A DNA stretch of 64,000 nucleotides from IMG/VR virus record IMGVR_UViG_3300005239_000270; one strand, given 5' to 3'. Source of the DNA: an uncultured virus (IMG/VR IMGVR_UViG_3300005239_000270). Lineage: Duplodnaviria > Heunggongvirae > Uroviricota > Caudoviricetes. Made by a program: the position numbers and the translations under genes. Shown piece by piece: positions 32,461 to 43,082 of the stretch (the first letter of the stretch is position 1; every line of letters begins with the position of its first letter). The notes under the pieces were generated by a model. The model saw only the letters and a program-made list of their open reading frames with translations, searched no databases and was not told the origin of the DNA.

Positions 32461-32752
32461 TTGTGTCTCACTGAGGGTATGAGCTCCTACCACTCCCACC
32501 TCCCACGCTGATCGCGTGGTCTAACACTCTGTGTTCTATACATTTACACTATGCCTTTACTCGCATTCGCTGGCGCTTTTTTCGCTGGCCGTTTTGTTCG
32601 TGAATACACTTCACACAAGCAACAGATGAATCGCATCGCTGAAGCTCAGCGTAATGTCATCCCCGGTGAGTATCTCACCTGGCTCTCTAAGTAACAACCT
32701 CTTCCCCCCTAGCGGGGGGTTTACTTCACTGTGTTCTTTATATCTATTTACT

Positions 32753-32941
32753 ATGACTACTTTTCCTAACTACTGGACTCTCCTGTCTAACGGTCAACGT
32801 TATACATTCGATACTTACCGTGAACTCAAAGAGTTCTCTCAACAGTTATCTAACGAACGTCGTCAACGGTTTGAACAGAATGTTCAACCTTGGATTGACT
32901 ACTCTCCTGAGTCTAAGACTGTTACTGAGTATCAGTATTAA
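32753..32941 (+). CDS. Small early protein
   Basis: MTTFPNYW start follows a hairpin element. Confidence 0.55.
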   Translation: MTTFPNYWTLLSNGQRYTFDTYRELKEFSQQLSNERRQRFEQNVQPWIDYSPESKTVTEYQY

Positions 32942-33086
32942 CTACCTTCCCTCCCTTAACGGGAGGTATAAACCTTTGTACATTTCTCTCAAGTAATTGC
33001 TTGCACACATATGTGTTTCTTTACTTATTGCTTGTTGTTTCCCCCCTAACGGTGGATAAATCACTGTGTTCTTTAACTTCATCAAC

Positions 33087-33317
33087 ATGTCTAACCAACT
33101 CAAGACTCGTGTCCTTTCCAATGGCAAGTCCACTTGGCGTCTGACTCGCTTCTCCGATGAACTCTTCATCGCGAAGGGTGCCTTCAATAAGCAACATACC
33201 TTCAGGTGTGTCGCTGAAGTAGACCGCTTCGAAGACTTCCTTATCACTAAGGGCTTTGCTCTGCGTGAATCAGGACAGTCACTGGACACAATCAAGAGGA
33301 CCCCCGTGTCTGCTTGA
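33087..33317 (+). CDS. Small early protein
   Basis: MSNQLKTR start follows a hairpin element. Confidence 0.55.
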   Translation: MSNQLKTRVLSNGKSTWRLTRFSDELFIAKGAFNKQHTFRCVAEVDRFEDFLITKGFALRESGQSLDTIKRTPVSA

Positions 33318-33379
33318 TAACAACTGTATCGGCCCCTTATCGGGGCCTTTAAAACTTGGTGTTCTTAACTCATTCTTCA

Positions 33380-33556
33380 ATGAATAGTTCACAGCAAGTA
33401 GCAATCGTTGGTGGAGCCTCTATTGGCTTACTTCTCTCAGCTACTCTCTTCTTCACTGTCCCTGCTTACCACGACCTTATCGTCTGGAGCTGGACAACAC
33501 CCTGGGTCTGGGCATTAGCCCTTGCCGGTGGTGTTATTGCTTACGTCACTGACTAA
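33380..33556 (+). CDS. Small two-helix membrane protein
   Basis: Two hydrophobic segments. Confidence 0.5.
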   Translation: MNSSQQVAIVGGASIGLLLSATLFFTVPAYHDLIVWSWTTPWVWALALAGGVIAYVTD

Positions 33557-33630
33557 CAACTGTTATGCACCCTAACGGGTGCTTTATAACGTTGTGCTCT
33601 CTTTGAGCATATCCTTTACTTCGTTATCAT

Positions 33631-33876
33631 ATGCGTTTCAAAATCCCTGGTCAGGACGTCTCTGTCCGTCTCTTCGAGCGTGTCTCGACTACTGACTCTC
33701 AGTACGACATCTTTGATGTAGGACTTGAGCAAGCTGACGGTTCCATTGACTCAATGGTCGTCGGCGGATCTTTCTCCTACGCTAAGTCACTTGTCTCAGC
33801 TATGGACAAGAAGGCTGCAGATAGTAAAGCAGCACCTACTATCACTGTTCTCAATACTGATACTACTGCTGCATAA
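33631..33876 (+). CDS. Small early protein
   Basis: 81 aa after a hairpin element; followed by a terminator. Confidence 0.55.
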   Translation: MRFKIPGQDVSVRLFERVSTTDSQYDIFDVGLEQADGSIDSMVVGGSFSYAKSLVSAMDKKAADSKAAPTITVLNTDTTAA

Positions 33877-33883
33877 TCTAATT

Positions 33884-33907
33884 CCCTCCTTTACAGGAGG
33901 GTTTTTT
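33884..33907 (+). terminator. Terminator between convergent genes
   Basis: CCCTCCT-TTAC-AGGAGGG-TTTTTT. Confidence 0.7.
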
Positions 33908-33916
33908 CGCGTGCTT

Positions 33917-34306
33917 CTAATAGCCTACATATGTTGACGGCACTGGATTCTCTGGGTTGTTACCAAACACAGGGAGCTGTGACGCAACATTGTATAGCGC
34001 ACCAATACCTTGAGCCCCTCCTATTAAACCTGCGGCAGGTATCCCATACCTGACTCCAGCATTCAATGCTGGGACCCCGTACCCCATTAACTCTCGGAGT
34101 ATGTCACTCTCCTCCTCTACCTGAAACTTACGAGTTGCTGGTACTCCAGCACTCAATCCAGCTGCTGCCTGAGCTACTTGCCCTGCACTAGCGTTCTTAG
34201 GCGTAAAGCTGGCAATGTATTCAGCTAACTTGTTAGCGTATGCATCGTCAAAGTTTCTAACTTTATCTCCTGCGTATCGCAGGCCATCCATAATTTGCTT
34301 ACGCAT
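33917..34306 (-). CDS. Late-type hypothetical protein (RYAG motif) within the early region
   Basis: 129 aa; TACAAT 29 nt upstream. Confidence 0.55.
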   Translation of the reverse strand: MRKQIMDGLRYAGDKVRNFDDAYANKLAEYIASFTPKNASAGQVAQAAAGLSAGVPATRKFQVEEESDILRELMGYGVPALNAGVRYGIPAAGLIGGAQGIGALYNVASQLPVFGNNPENPVPSTYVGY

Positions 34307-34340
34307 CTATTCACTCTATTAATAGCTTATTCTCATTGTA

Positions 34341-34898
34341 CTATTCTTGAATTTCACCACCTCTCAATGGTGCATAAGCTAGAGGTACTGATGCTAATCC
34401 ACCAATCAGTGCTCCTCTAACTGTTCTATTTACTGCCCTTGGGCTCATACCTAAGATATTAGCTCCTGTGGCCTTAGTAAATAGCTCTTGCCTTGCACGA
34501 TTTGAATCAATCGGTTCATAATTGTTAAGCACCCTATGCTTACCTTCTGCAAGCTGTCTATTAGCTTCGATTGGACCTTCTGTTCTCATCACTTGCTTAC
34601 TCTCTTGCTTGAGATTTGCAATCTCTTCAGCGATTAGCCTAGCTTTATCTTCGTCTGACAACTTAGACAATGCATGTCCAACGTATGTACCTCCCCCTAT
34701 TCCTCCTAATGTGATAGCTCCACTAAGAGCTTCACCTAGTAACCCCTCTTCCTGGTTATCTGCCATGGACATAAGTCCTGGTAGCAATGCTGCTACTACT
34801 GCAGCACCTGCCATACGTTTAGTATTTGCATCTACCCCCTTCCGTAGATTATCAACCCCTGTTGTATACATCGCTTGTGCTGCTGGATTTGTATACAT
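34341..34898 (-). CDS. Late-type glycine-zipper protein (RMAG motif)
   Basis: Likely start MYTNP at 34898 (TACAAT 28 nt upstream). Confidence 0.55.
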   Translation of the reverse strand: MYTNPAAQAMYTTGVDNLRKGVDANTKRMAGAAVVAALLPGLMSMADNQEEGLLGEALSGAITLGGIGGGTYVGHALSKLSDEDKARLIAEEIANLKQESKQVMRTEGPIEANRQLAEGKHRVLNNYEPIDSNRARQELFTKATGANILGMSPRAVNRTVRGALIGGLASVPLAYAPLRGGEIQE

Positions 34899-34992
34899 TA
34901 GTTCTATACAATTTAGTCTGTAACTATTGTAATAACTTAACTCCACCCTTATCGGGTGGTTTGAATCACTGTGTTCTTCATACATTATTTAC

Positions 34993-35136
34993 ATGTATCA
35001 ACTTCAAATGCTTAAAGACGGCAAGTGGACTAACACGTCCTACATGCCTACCGAATGGGAGACTGCTAAGCGTCGTCTGTCCCATTACTCAACGTACTGG
35101 CCTAACAATCTGTACTCCTTACTAGCTGTCAAATGA
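34993..35136 (+). CDS. Small early protein (47 aa)
   Basis: MYQLQMLKDGKW... directly after a hairpin element. Confidence 0.5.
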   Translation: MYQLQMLKDGKWTNTSYMPTEWETAKRRLSHYSTYWPNNLYSLLAVK

Positions 35137-35843
35137 TTATTTACCTCGTCTGTATGTTCACACTACTCGGGACAATGATCTACTTTGGCGCCTAACTTTC
35201 ACAAGTACTCCCTAGCGTTCTACCTAGGGTTCACTGTCCTATTACATCTGCCTTTCGACTGTCCTTTAGCTCTACTGCCGTTTCTCTTCAACCGTGACGA
35301 GATTGCGGTGGTAGAGAGGTCGTAAAAGGCCGCCCGGATTTTCTTCCCTTATCGGGAAGTTTATTCGTGTGTGTCCTTCACATAAATATGAATGCCTGCA
35401 CTTCAAATCAAGGCTATCCAGAAGTCTGTCCGTTTGCAAAAACGTAAGGCTACTGAGTCTGCAAAGTCTATCTCTGATCTTCAAAATCAGATAGTTATCC
35501 TGTAAGAGGTATATATAAAGAAGCCGAGTGAATATTTTCACCTACCTAACTATTGCAACTGTATTTATTGTTGCTCCTGTAATTGTTGATGCTACTCCTC
35601 GCTATGACGAACTGTTATGCGAAGAGGTTGCTGAAGCAGTGAATGAGTCTGTCCTATGGGGCACTCTGACTCAACAGNNNNNNNNNNNNNNNNNNNNNNN
35701 NNNNNNNNNNNNNNNNNNNNNNNNNNNNNNNNNNNNNNNNNNNNNNNNNNNNNNNNNNNNNNNNNNNNNNNNNNNNNNNNNNNNNNNNNNNNNNNNNNNN
35801 NNNNNNNNNCGCTTTCGATCACGACACTGTAAGACATGAAACT

Positions 35844-36101
35844 ATGCATGTTTTACAACACTGTGCTGCTCTTCGTCGTGGAGATACTCGCGGTATTGTT
35901 CCACTAGCTATCAATGAGAACGAACGTAATCAGTGGGTCTCATCTGTACTCAGATCTGGTCAAATAACCGAGATTAAAGAGACCTACCCTGTACGTGCTC
36001 ATCAAATAGAGCTTGAAGCTTTCGCAGCTGCAGCTCACTATTCACCTAGTGATCTAACTAAACTTGTAAAGTCTTGGTGTGTAAAACCTATACCTAAATA
36101 A
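35844..36101 (+). CDS. Hypothetical protein
   Basis: 85 aa ORF. Confidence 0.45.
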   Translation: MHVLQHCAALRRGDTRGIVPLAINENERNQWVSSVLRSGQITEIKETYPVRAHQIELEAFAAAAHYSPSDLTKLVKSWCVKPIPK

Positions 36102-36144
36102 GACCCTAATAAAGAAGCAGTTCCACAAAATCAACCTAATATTT

Positions 36145-36486
36145 ATGAAATCACTTATCTCTGCGCTCGTTCTAACTGCCGCATCTGTTCTTCCTGTATC
36201 TGCTGGCATTCACGATTTTAATCCTCGTAATGCCGCTCCTACCCCTACTCGTCAAAAAGTCAGAGTAGGTCATGGTCAATGTATTACAACAGCAGACCGT
36301 AGCAAGATTTGTTATCTCAAAACTTCTGCTACTAACTTCTCAATCTCCATCCTTGATGTGGATTACCCAGGTGCACCTGAAGTTGCTCATATTGACTGTA
36401 GTACTGGCCGTTGGAGAGCTTTTGGGGATCTTCCAAAAGCAACTCTTAATTTATACCTTGGTCAATTCTGTCCAACCTTTAGTTAA
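36145..36486 (+). CDS. Secreted/periplasmic hypothetical protein
   Basis: N-terminal signal peptide (..VLPVSA) and four Cys. Confidence 0.55.
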   Translation: MKSLISALVLTAASVLPVSAGIHDFNPRNAAPTPTRQKVRVGHGQCITTADRSKICYLKTSATNFSISILDVDYPGAPEVAHIDCSTGRWRAFGDLPKATLNLYLGQFCPTFS

Positions 36487-37047
36487 CAGCCTTCTCCGCC
36501 CTTATCGGGCGGTTTAATTCATCGTGTCCTTTATATCATATTTATGATTTACGATTCGCAAACAATCATCCTGGCAGTCATCGGTCTTATCGGTGTTCTG
36601 TCTACTGGCGTGATTGTTACTTATGCATTCGCTAGGAACAAAACGGGCAATGGGAGGTACCAGTAATGGACCCTGCCATGGACCCCTGTGAGTATCCAGG
36701 TACACCTGAATACAACGAACTACAAGAAGATCGTGACGCTAGGTACACCGAGTATCTAGACCTCATGGCTGAAGAACAGGACTACGAACTTGTTCAGTAT
36801 CCCCAACGTTTCTCACACTAATGACAAACACTGCCTTCCCCCCTGTTTCTGACACTATCTCTACCTTCAAATCAATCGATTGGAAAGAGATGCGTGAACG
36901 AACACGAGCTGGTGTCAACAACATCGGCTTAGTACTAGCAGTACTGGGAGAAAAGCTACACGAAGCAGGCTGCTGGCTTGCTGAAGTCTGAAACCCTTGC
37001 CCCCTTAACGGGGGCTTTTTTTATGTGTGTACATTCTTCTTTTGTTT

Positions 37048-37257
37048 ATGTCAGTCTCCTTTGATTTCACTCTGGTCGCCTCCGGTGTACCAGGAATGTC
37101 ATTGGTGATGTCACAAAACGAAGAAGCCTTCGAAACCATAACTGGCGAATTTGACATGACCGTTATCTCAGATGGCTCTGCCCCTCTGGATAATTCTCGT
37201 CTATCTGACTTCGTACATCTGGCCGAGTGCGCTCATCTTGCGTGCGACTTCGCTTAA
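37048..37257 (+). CDS. Small early protein
   Basis: MSVSFDFT start after a hairpin element. Confidence 0.5.
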   Translation: MSVSFDFTLVASGVPGMSLVMSQNEEAFETITGEFDMTVISDGSAPLDNSRLSDFVHLAECAHLACDFA

Positions 37258-37316
37258 GTCATCACTTTCTGCCCTTATTGGGCAGTTATCGGCTTTTTGT
37301 ACTCAACTTCTTTTAT

Positions 37317-37691
37317 ATGTCATCGATTCCCAATTGCGTTTCAACTGCTCATCTCATGGAGCTACTGAACGCTAAACCAGAAGAGGTAACTACTCCTCCT
37401 ACTGACCTTTCTGATGCTGAACCTGTCGAATTAATTGAGTTTGTTGTAGACGGCGTAGATTCTATGCATGATGTCATAGGCACTACCTTTGCCTTCAAGC
37501 TCATCGCTGACTACTGTTTGCATCAGCTTCAGGAGCTTCATGAAACTGGATATCGTCACATGCTTGATGACGAAGAAGACCAAGATCGAGCACTTTGTTG
37601 GGCTCGTGACGCAGGTCACCTTCAGGCTATGCAAGCTACTTTGCGTCAGATCCAATGTGGTCCACAAGACTTTTACTGTCCTGCTGAATAA
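37317..37691 (+). CDS. Acidic early protein
   Basis: MSSIPNC start after a hairpin element. Confidence 0.5.
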   Translation: MSSIPNCVSTAHLMELLNAKPEEVTTPPTDLSDAEPVELIEFVVDGVDSMHDVIGTTFAFKLIADYCLHQLQELHETGYRHMLDDEEDQDRALCWARDAGHLQAMQATLRQIQCGPQDFYCPAE

Positions 37692-37748
37692 CAGCCCTTC
37701 CGCCCTCATCGGGCGGTTTATTTATCTGTGTTCATCATATTGACTCAC

Positions 37749-38180
37749 ATGTCTAACTACAAAACCTACGCAATGTTCAATACTCTGACCATCACAGGTC
37801 GTTTGAGCTTTGCTGAGGTACTAGAAGGTAACAACGGTGATTACCTCTCCGTTACGCTCATCTCTGAGCTTACTGACGGTTCAGAAGGTATCTCCGTTAG
37901 CTTTACCACTAACAACGGACTTATGTCCCTCTTCAACTCTGGTTACCTAAACAAGGGTCGTATGATCACTGTTACAGGTCACCTCAATAAGTTTGAAGAG
38001 ACTTACTTCAACAAGCAGACAGGTAAGCGTGCAATCTTGCAACGTCCTCGCCTGACTCTTGGACAAGCCCAAGTCCTCCACGGAGGCATGGGACCTGGAG
38101 CTAAGCGTGAGGAATTGCCTCAAGTTGATGTAACGCCTAGCTTCTCATCTGAACCAACACTCGAAACTATCGAGTTGTAA
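37749..38180 (+). CDS. ssb: Single-stranded DNA-binding protein (OB fold, SSB-like)
   Basis: FNTLTITGRL...LNKGRMITVTGHL SSB-type strands and an acidic tail. Confidence 0.6.
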   Translation: MSNYKTYAMFNTLTITGRLSFAEVLEGNNGDYLSVTLISELTDGSEGISVSFTTNNGLMSLFNSGYLNKGRMITVTGHLNKFEETYFNKQTGKRAILQRPRLTLGQAQVLHGGMGPGAKREELPQVDVTPSFSSEPTLETIEL

Positions 38181-38187
38181 TACCTTG

Positions 38188-38211
38188 CCCCTCCTTTTGG
38201 AGGGGTTTTTT
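38188..38211 (+). terminator. Terminator
   Basis: CCCCTCC-TTTT-GGAGGGG-TTTTT. Confidence 0.75.
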
Positions 38212-38232
38212 ACTTTTATCTAAACAGCTGCT

Positions 38233-39237
38233 CTAATGCCCGTTACCGTTTTTATGTTTGCCATTGCCATTGCCATTGCTCCTAAGAACACCTTCTCCAA
38301 TAGTGACGTCACCTCCACCACTATTGATAACCAAAGCACGCTCTTTACTGTCACCAGGGCTCTCAGTACGTTTGCCAGAAGCAATCTCTAACGCCCTTGC
38401 TGCTTCAGGTTTAGTACCTGCCATTCTAGATGGGGATTCCATAATAGATTTGTCAGAAATTGATTTTGTTTCATCTTCAACCATTCTACTTGTGGGCTTA
38501 ATATGCCAACGCTTTGCGTTTTTCTTCATTGCATTAAGCTCTGGATTCCATCCTTTTGTTTCTCTTTTAGAACTAGGCAACTCGCTTAATAACTGTGTTA
38601 TTACTTGTGGGTTTTTACTATATAGTACAGCTGCTGCTAAGTCTTCTCTAGCATCTTCTAATAGATCCATTTTCTCTATTCCATCAAAATCTTGAGCTAC
38701 TTTATTGACCCTAGCTTGCTCAGGTCTTGTTGCCCCATCTCCGTGAGTATTAAAATCAAGTAAATGTCCTGCATTATGTTTGTAATTTAACGGGGCACCT
38801 GTTAAACCATCTATACCAAAAGATGCGTCGTAAAGGGCATTTGCCGCTATCTCTAGTCCCCTATCACCTGTAGGAGCATTCCCTCTTTCGTTCCCGTATC
38901 CCCCTATTAATCTACTTAAACCTTTATTACCTGTCACTAAACTTGCGGCTAATTCATATGCTTGATTCCATTGAGCTGACTCTGTTGGAACTGTTACTCC
39001 ATCAACAGTTCTCCAATGCTGTAGCTCTCGTTTGAAATTAGGATTAGCTTGTTTCTCTCGTTGATAATCAAGCTCCTCATCAACTGCCATTTTTAAACCT
39101 AAGTCTAATTTTCTCGGACTTATCTCTTCTGGTTTAATTGCTACTAAGGTATTTAATCCTGTTGCAGTTGGTTCCCCTAATGCAAGATTTAAATGCTCTA
39201 AAAAATCATTTGCATATGCAAATTTCCTAATAGCCAC
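38233..39237 (-). CDS. Hypothetical protein with a possible degenerate HNH-like core
   Basis: DGLTGAPL...AGHLLDF...G...EQARVNK; RMAG motif. Confidence 0.45.
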   Translation of the reverse strand: MAIRKFAYANDFLEHLNLALGEPTATGLNTLVAIKPEEISPRKLDLGLKMAVDEELDYQREKQANPNFKRELQHWRTVDGVTVPTESAQWNQAYELAASLVTGNKGLSRLIGGYGNERGNAPTGDRGLEIAANALYDASFGIDGLTGAPLNYKHNAGHLLDFNTHGDGATRPEQARVNKVAQDFDGIEKMDLLEDAREDLAAAVLYSKNPQVITQLLSELPSSKRETKGWNPELNAMKKNAKRWHIKPTSRMVEDETKSISDKSIMESPSRMAGTKPEAARALEIASGKRTESPGDSKERALVINSGGGDVTIGEGVLRSNGNGNGKHKNGNGH

Positions 39238-39453
39238 ATATATACTTAACTTCGCTTATTAGGCGACAGTTATTATCATCATTACTCTTATATATTAACG
39301 ACTAAGTAATAATTACTTTTAGATACTGCATTTTCTAGGTTTAAGATTATTCAGTTATTTCATCAACAAATACTTAACTCCGGTCGTCTGACTGGTACCA
39401 CCTCCCTCTGCTTACGCAGGGGGTTTTTACTGTGTGCCCTTTATCACTAATTA

Positions 39454-39993
39454 ATGACTACTGCTACATACAAACGAATTCGTGGCGAACGCTATGTCGG
39501 TGCTGTACGCACTGCCCCGGACAAAGCAAAGGTTGTTCATTGCTTTGACGTTGATGACACTCTCACCATGAAACCTGAAGGTTTCGATAACACTGGTCTT
39601 ACTAAAGATCAGTTCTTCGATGCAGCTCGCGAGTTCCCCGCTGATCCCGCTGTGGTTGAACTTGCTCAGATGCTTGCATCTATGGGTGACCGAATTGCTA
39701 TTGCTACGGCTCGTCCTGCCAATCGTTTATCTGAAACGATGGCTTGGCTTGATGCCAACAATGTTCCATACGATCAGATTATGCTCAGCAATGGCGTTGA
39801 GCCATCTGGTGTTACCAAGCAGGAAATGCTCCTGCGTCTTCAGTCTCAATACCGTATGGTCGGTACCCTTGTTGACGACTCCATTTACAATGTAATGGGC
39901 GCTAAATTACAAGGTATCGATACTATTCACGTATTAAAGAATGAAGACTACTGGGCTCAACACCCTGAAAACGTTTATAAGGTAATGAAATGA
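39454..39993 (+). CDS. HAD-superfamily phosphatase (PNKP phosphatase-like)
   Basis: FDVDDTL (motif I), ATAR (II), K (III), LVDD (IV). Confidence 0.8.
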   Translation: MTTATYKRIRGERYVGAVRTAPDKAKVVHCFDVDDTLTMKPEGFDNTGLTKDQFFDAAREFPADPAVVELAQMLASMGDRIAIATARPANRLSETMAWLDANNVPYDQIMLSNGVEPSGVTKQEMLLRLQSQYRMVGTLVDDSIYNVMGAKLQGIDTIHVLKNEDYWAQHPENVYKVMK

Positions 39994-40259
39994 CTACTGC
40001 TACTAAAACTAAAAAGACTTCACCAGTCACTACAAATACGTACAACTGGTTCACCTGTGAGTACGGACAATACCGTATCGTTACTACACGCTACGACTTA
40101 TACAAAAGCATTGATAAGCAAGGCAACGAACTTATCACTGGTTTAACTGAACAAGCGGTACATGAATGTACTCCCTTGCATTTATTGGCGCAGCAGCCTG
40201 ATTACGATGGAAGATATGACACCGTTATCGGTAAAGCTGCTATTACTCCTGACTTATGA
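39990..40259 (+). CDS. Hypothetical protein
   Basis: ATGA overlap with the upstream gene. Confidence 0.5.
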   Translation: MTTATKTKKTSPVTTNTYNWFTCEYGQYRIVTTRYDLYKSIDKQGNELITGLTEQAVHECTPLHLLAQQPDYDGRYDTVIGKAAITPDL

Positions 40260-40712
40260 ATTCTGAAAAACAACATGCCAAACTTATCAAGACAATGACC
40301 AAGGCTCAATCCTGTGTCGATAGAAACACAGCTAAGAAACTTATCCGTAAAGCGACCAAAATACAAAATAAACTTAATAAGTAACACTGATATAGACCGA
40401 TGGATACCACCACTATCCTTTCCCTTTTCTCTGGCTTTTGTGTCGGCTCTGTAGCCGCTGCTCTAATCCTTCATTGATATCATATGAATTTCAATATCCC
40501 GCTATCTGTTGAAGACTATACAATTCTCATCAATGCTCTTCATTACTATAAGAAAGCAGAGAAACGTGCAAACTTTCGACAGTATACCGATGAGCGTATC
40601 AATAAATTGAGAGACCACATGGCCTCTGAATTTATGTCTGCCTTTAACTAGTTAATACAGCATTCCGCCCTTAACGGGCGGTTTAGTTCCTTGTGTCCTT
40701 TATATAGACAAA

Positions 40713-40952
40713 ATGGATCAGTCTTACTGCCTTATTTCTTCGTTCGATCTTGAACGTATTGACGAAATGCTTGTAAGAGCTATCAACATCTGCAGTAGTC
40801 CACGTCCATTCTCTCAAACTTCAGATGAGGATGACTGCACTGCATCATATGCAGGTGCTTATGGCTACTCTTATCAAACACTTAAGAGTATTAAAGAGCA
40901 TATTGATACTGCTCGACCTTTTGACCCTTCAGTCACAGGTGTGCCCTTCTAA
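40713..40952 (+). CDS. Small early protein
   Basis: Follows a hairpin element. Confidence 0.5.
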   Translation: MDQSYCLISSFDLERIDEMLVRAINICSSPRPFSQTSDEDDCTASYAGAYGYSYQTLKSIKEHIDTARPFDPSVTGVPF

Positions 40953-40990
40953 CTCACATATAGGCTGACTAATTGTTAGCCTTTATTATT

Positions 40991-41064
40991 GACTGTGTAG
41001 CATAGCGGTTTAATGCGCTTGCCTGTCACGCAAGAGATCGTGGGTTCAAATCCCATCACGGTCG
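40991..41064 (+). tRNA. trnD: tRNA-Asp (GTC), no encoded CCA
   Basis: Acceptor GACTGTG/CACGGTC; anticodon arm CTTGC-CTGTCAC-GCAAG; T-arm GTGGG-TTCAAAT-CCCAT. Confidence 0.9.
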
Positions 41065-41082
41065 TTATAAGTATTACTAGAT

Positions 41083-41550
41083 ATGACTACTGATTGGACT
41101 AAAGAATTTAGCTCTTTACTTTCTGCTGAACTTGATGCCTTAGCTGTTCTTCGTATCATCGAGACAAGCAATGGCATCATTCAATTTATGTATAGAGATA
41201 AAGAACCTAATGCTTTGTCTATTGAAGACACTCGCAAAGCAATGGGCTTCTCAATGTCCTCTATCAAACGAATGAAAATTGTCCTCGAAGATGGCACGAT
41301 CGACTTCGCTGACGATACTAAAGAGATCATGGGTCGTGTCCGTGATCTTTATCTCAAAGGTATGAAGCAAGGTGATGACGAAGCTTACGAGAAGTTTCTT
41401 GATGCTTCTCATGCTTGTCTCATCGCCTGCGGCGTACCCCGACTTTTTGAAGCAAAAGCACGCTTGTATAACGAGTGCTATGCCATGCCTCCTGAGGCTT
41501 GGGACTGGGGTCTTCAGTATTGTTTAAACTTTATGTCTAAACCTCGTTAA
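41083..41550 (+). CDS. Hypothetical protein
   Basis: 155 aa ORF. Confidence 0.55.
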   Translation: MTTDWTKEFSSLLSAELDALAVLRIIETSNGIIQFMYRDKEPNALSIEDTRKAMGFSMSSIKRMKIVLEDGTIDFADDTKEIMGRVRDLYLKGMKQGDDEAYEKFLDASHACLIACGVPRLFEAKARLYNECYAMPPEAWDWGLQYCLNFMSKPR

Positions 41551-41579
41551 ACTAGTATTAAATGTGACTAATTAATATT

Positions 41580-41999
41580 ATGCCTAATATGGGGTGGAAT
41601 CCGCAAGGGGTTAACGAAGTAAATTACGGTGAGAAAACCTCTGAATATGGCCACTATCAACTAGCTGATTGGGGACACGCAGGTACTAACAAAGATGGTA
41701 CTAAGTGGAAGTCTCAAAACATGGAATGGGTTGAAGACAATCGTAAGTTTGAAGCACCTGCTGCTGAACCAGAGCCTGCTGCTGAACCAGAGCTCACACC
41801 TGAACCTAAACAACCTATTGAATATTCTCCAGAAATTCAACAAGCTAAAGAGCGTGTTGCTAATTACGAAAATGACGTAATGTCTGGAAAGATTTCTGAT
41901 GATATCTATGGCAATGACAAATTTATCAAAAATGCTAAGCCAAGACAAGTAACGCAAAGTTTTCTTGATAAACAAAAATATCAGTTTCTACGTAAATAA
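41580..41999 (+). CDS. Late-type protein with PIEYSPEIQ..AKERV / SFLD..KYQF C-terminus
   Basis: TAAACT 27 nt upstream; C-terminal motif shared with the ORF ending at 43082. Confidence 0.55.
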   Translation: MPNMGWNPQGVNEVNYGEKTSEYGHYQLADWGHAGTNKDGTKWKSQNMEWVEDNRKFEAPAAEPEPAAEPELTPEPKQPIEYSPEIQQAKERVANYENDVMSGKISDDIYGNDKFIKNAKPRQVTQSFLDKQKYQFLRK

Positions 42000-42057
42000 G
42001 CTTACAATATTAAATCAACTAACACATATAATGAATAAAGATCATTGACTACTAATA

Positions 42058-42572
42058 ATGGCTGATACATTTAAGTACCTTAATAAAACACAAACAAAAG
42101 AAGATCCAGCTCAAGATTTTCTTAAGTCGTACACTGATCGTTATACACCTGAGCAACAAGCACGCCTTGATGCTAATGGCGGACCAAGCATTATCAATAA
42201 TGATCAATATCAAAATGTAGTTACTAATCAAGAAGAGATGGATGCCACCTCTGACAAGCGCCGTGGTATCGCTAAAGGCGGTGACCATGACCACTACGGC
42301 AACATGTATGAGTCAGGCCAATGGGGCACTGGCGGATCAAGTGCTGATGACCTTGCTACCAAATATAATCTTGACCGAAGTGAAGCTAACTCTCCTAACA
42401 ACCGTGATGTAGACGCAGGTCACATCTGGGGTAAGGATGCTTCTGGTAAAGATGTTTACATCGGTAAAGCAAATATGGACATTGGTAGTAACCAAGGTCT
42501 AATTGCTAGCCATGCCACGCAGCTCTATGGTGACGAAGTTGTTCATAACCAAACTGGTGATAACCTAGATAC
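42058..42572 (+). CDS. Late-type hypothetical protein, truncated by gap
   Basis: TATAAT 26 nt upstream. Confidence 0.5.
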
Positions 42573-42656
42573 NNNNNNNNNNNNNNNNNNNNNNNNNNNN
42601 NNNNNNNNNNNNNNNNNNNNNNNNNNNNNNNNNNNNNNNNNNNNNNNNNNNNNNNN

Positions 42657-43082
42657 TCCGCTTCTCGATTAAATAGAAAAAGCGACTTCTACGACAAGTT
42701 CGGTCAACTTAAAGAAGGCTACAGCTATGACGGTGGCGAAGGCATGGTTGCCATGGGCGAAGGCCAAGTTGGCACCACACGTGGCGCTGGTCCAGACGGC
42801 ATGGTTGGTGGCACTATCAATAAAATGATTTATGGCAAAGCACCCCAAGCATCCCAACAAAAGTCTTCCGCTCCTTCTGCGCCTGAACCCACTCCAAAAC
42901 CTAAAGCAGAGACCTCTCCACCTCCTATTGAATACTCACCTGAGATTCAAGAAGCTAAAGAACGTGTATCTGCTTACAAAAATAAATCAATGTTAGGAGA
43001 AATCTCTGCTCAAATTTACAATTCTCCAGAACAAGCAACAAGTTTCCTCGATAGCAAAAAATATCAGTTTATAGTCAATTAA
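42657..43082 (+). CDS. C-terminal part of a PIEYSPEIQ-family protein
   Basis: Same C-terminal motif as 41580-41999. Confidence 0.5.
   Translation, partial: SASRLNRKSDFYDKFGQLKEGYSYDGGEGMVAMGEGQVGTTRGAGPDGMVGGTINKMIYGKAPQASQQKSSAPSAPEPTPKPKAETSPPPIEYSPEIQEAKERVSAYKNKSMLGEISAQIYNSPEQATSFLDSKKYQFIVN

Noticed and set aside
40991..41064. tRNA as a prophage attachment site
   Set aside because: No integrase, no duplicated tRNA 3' end and no host genes in the window.
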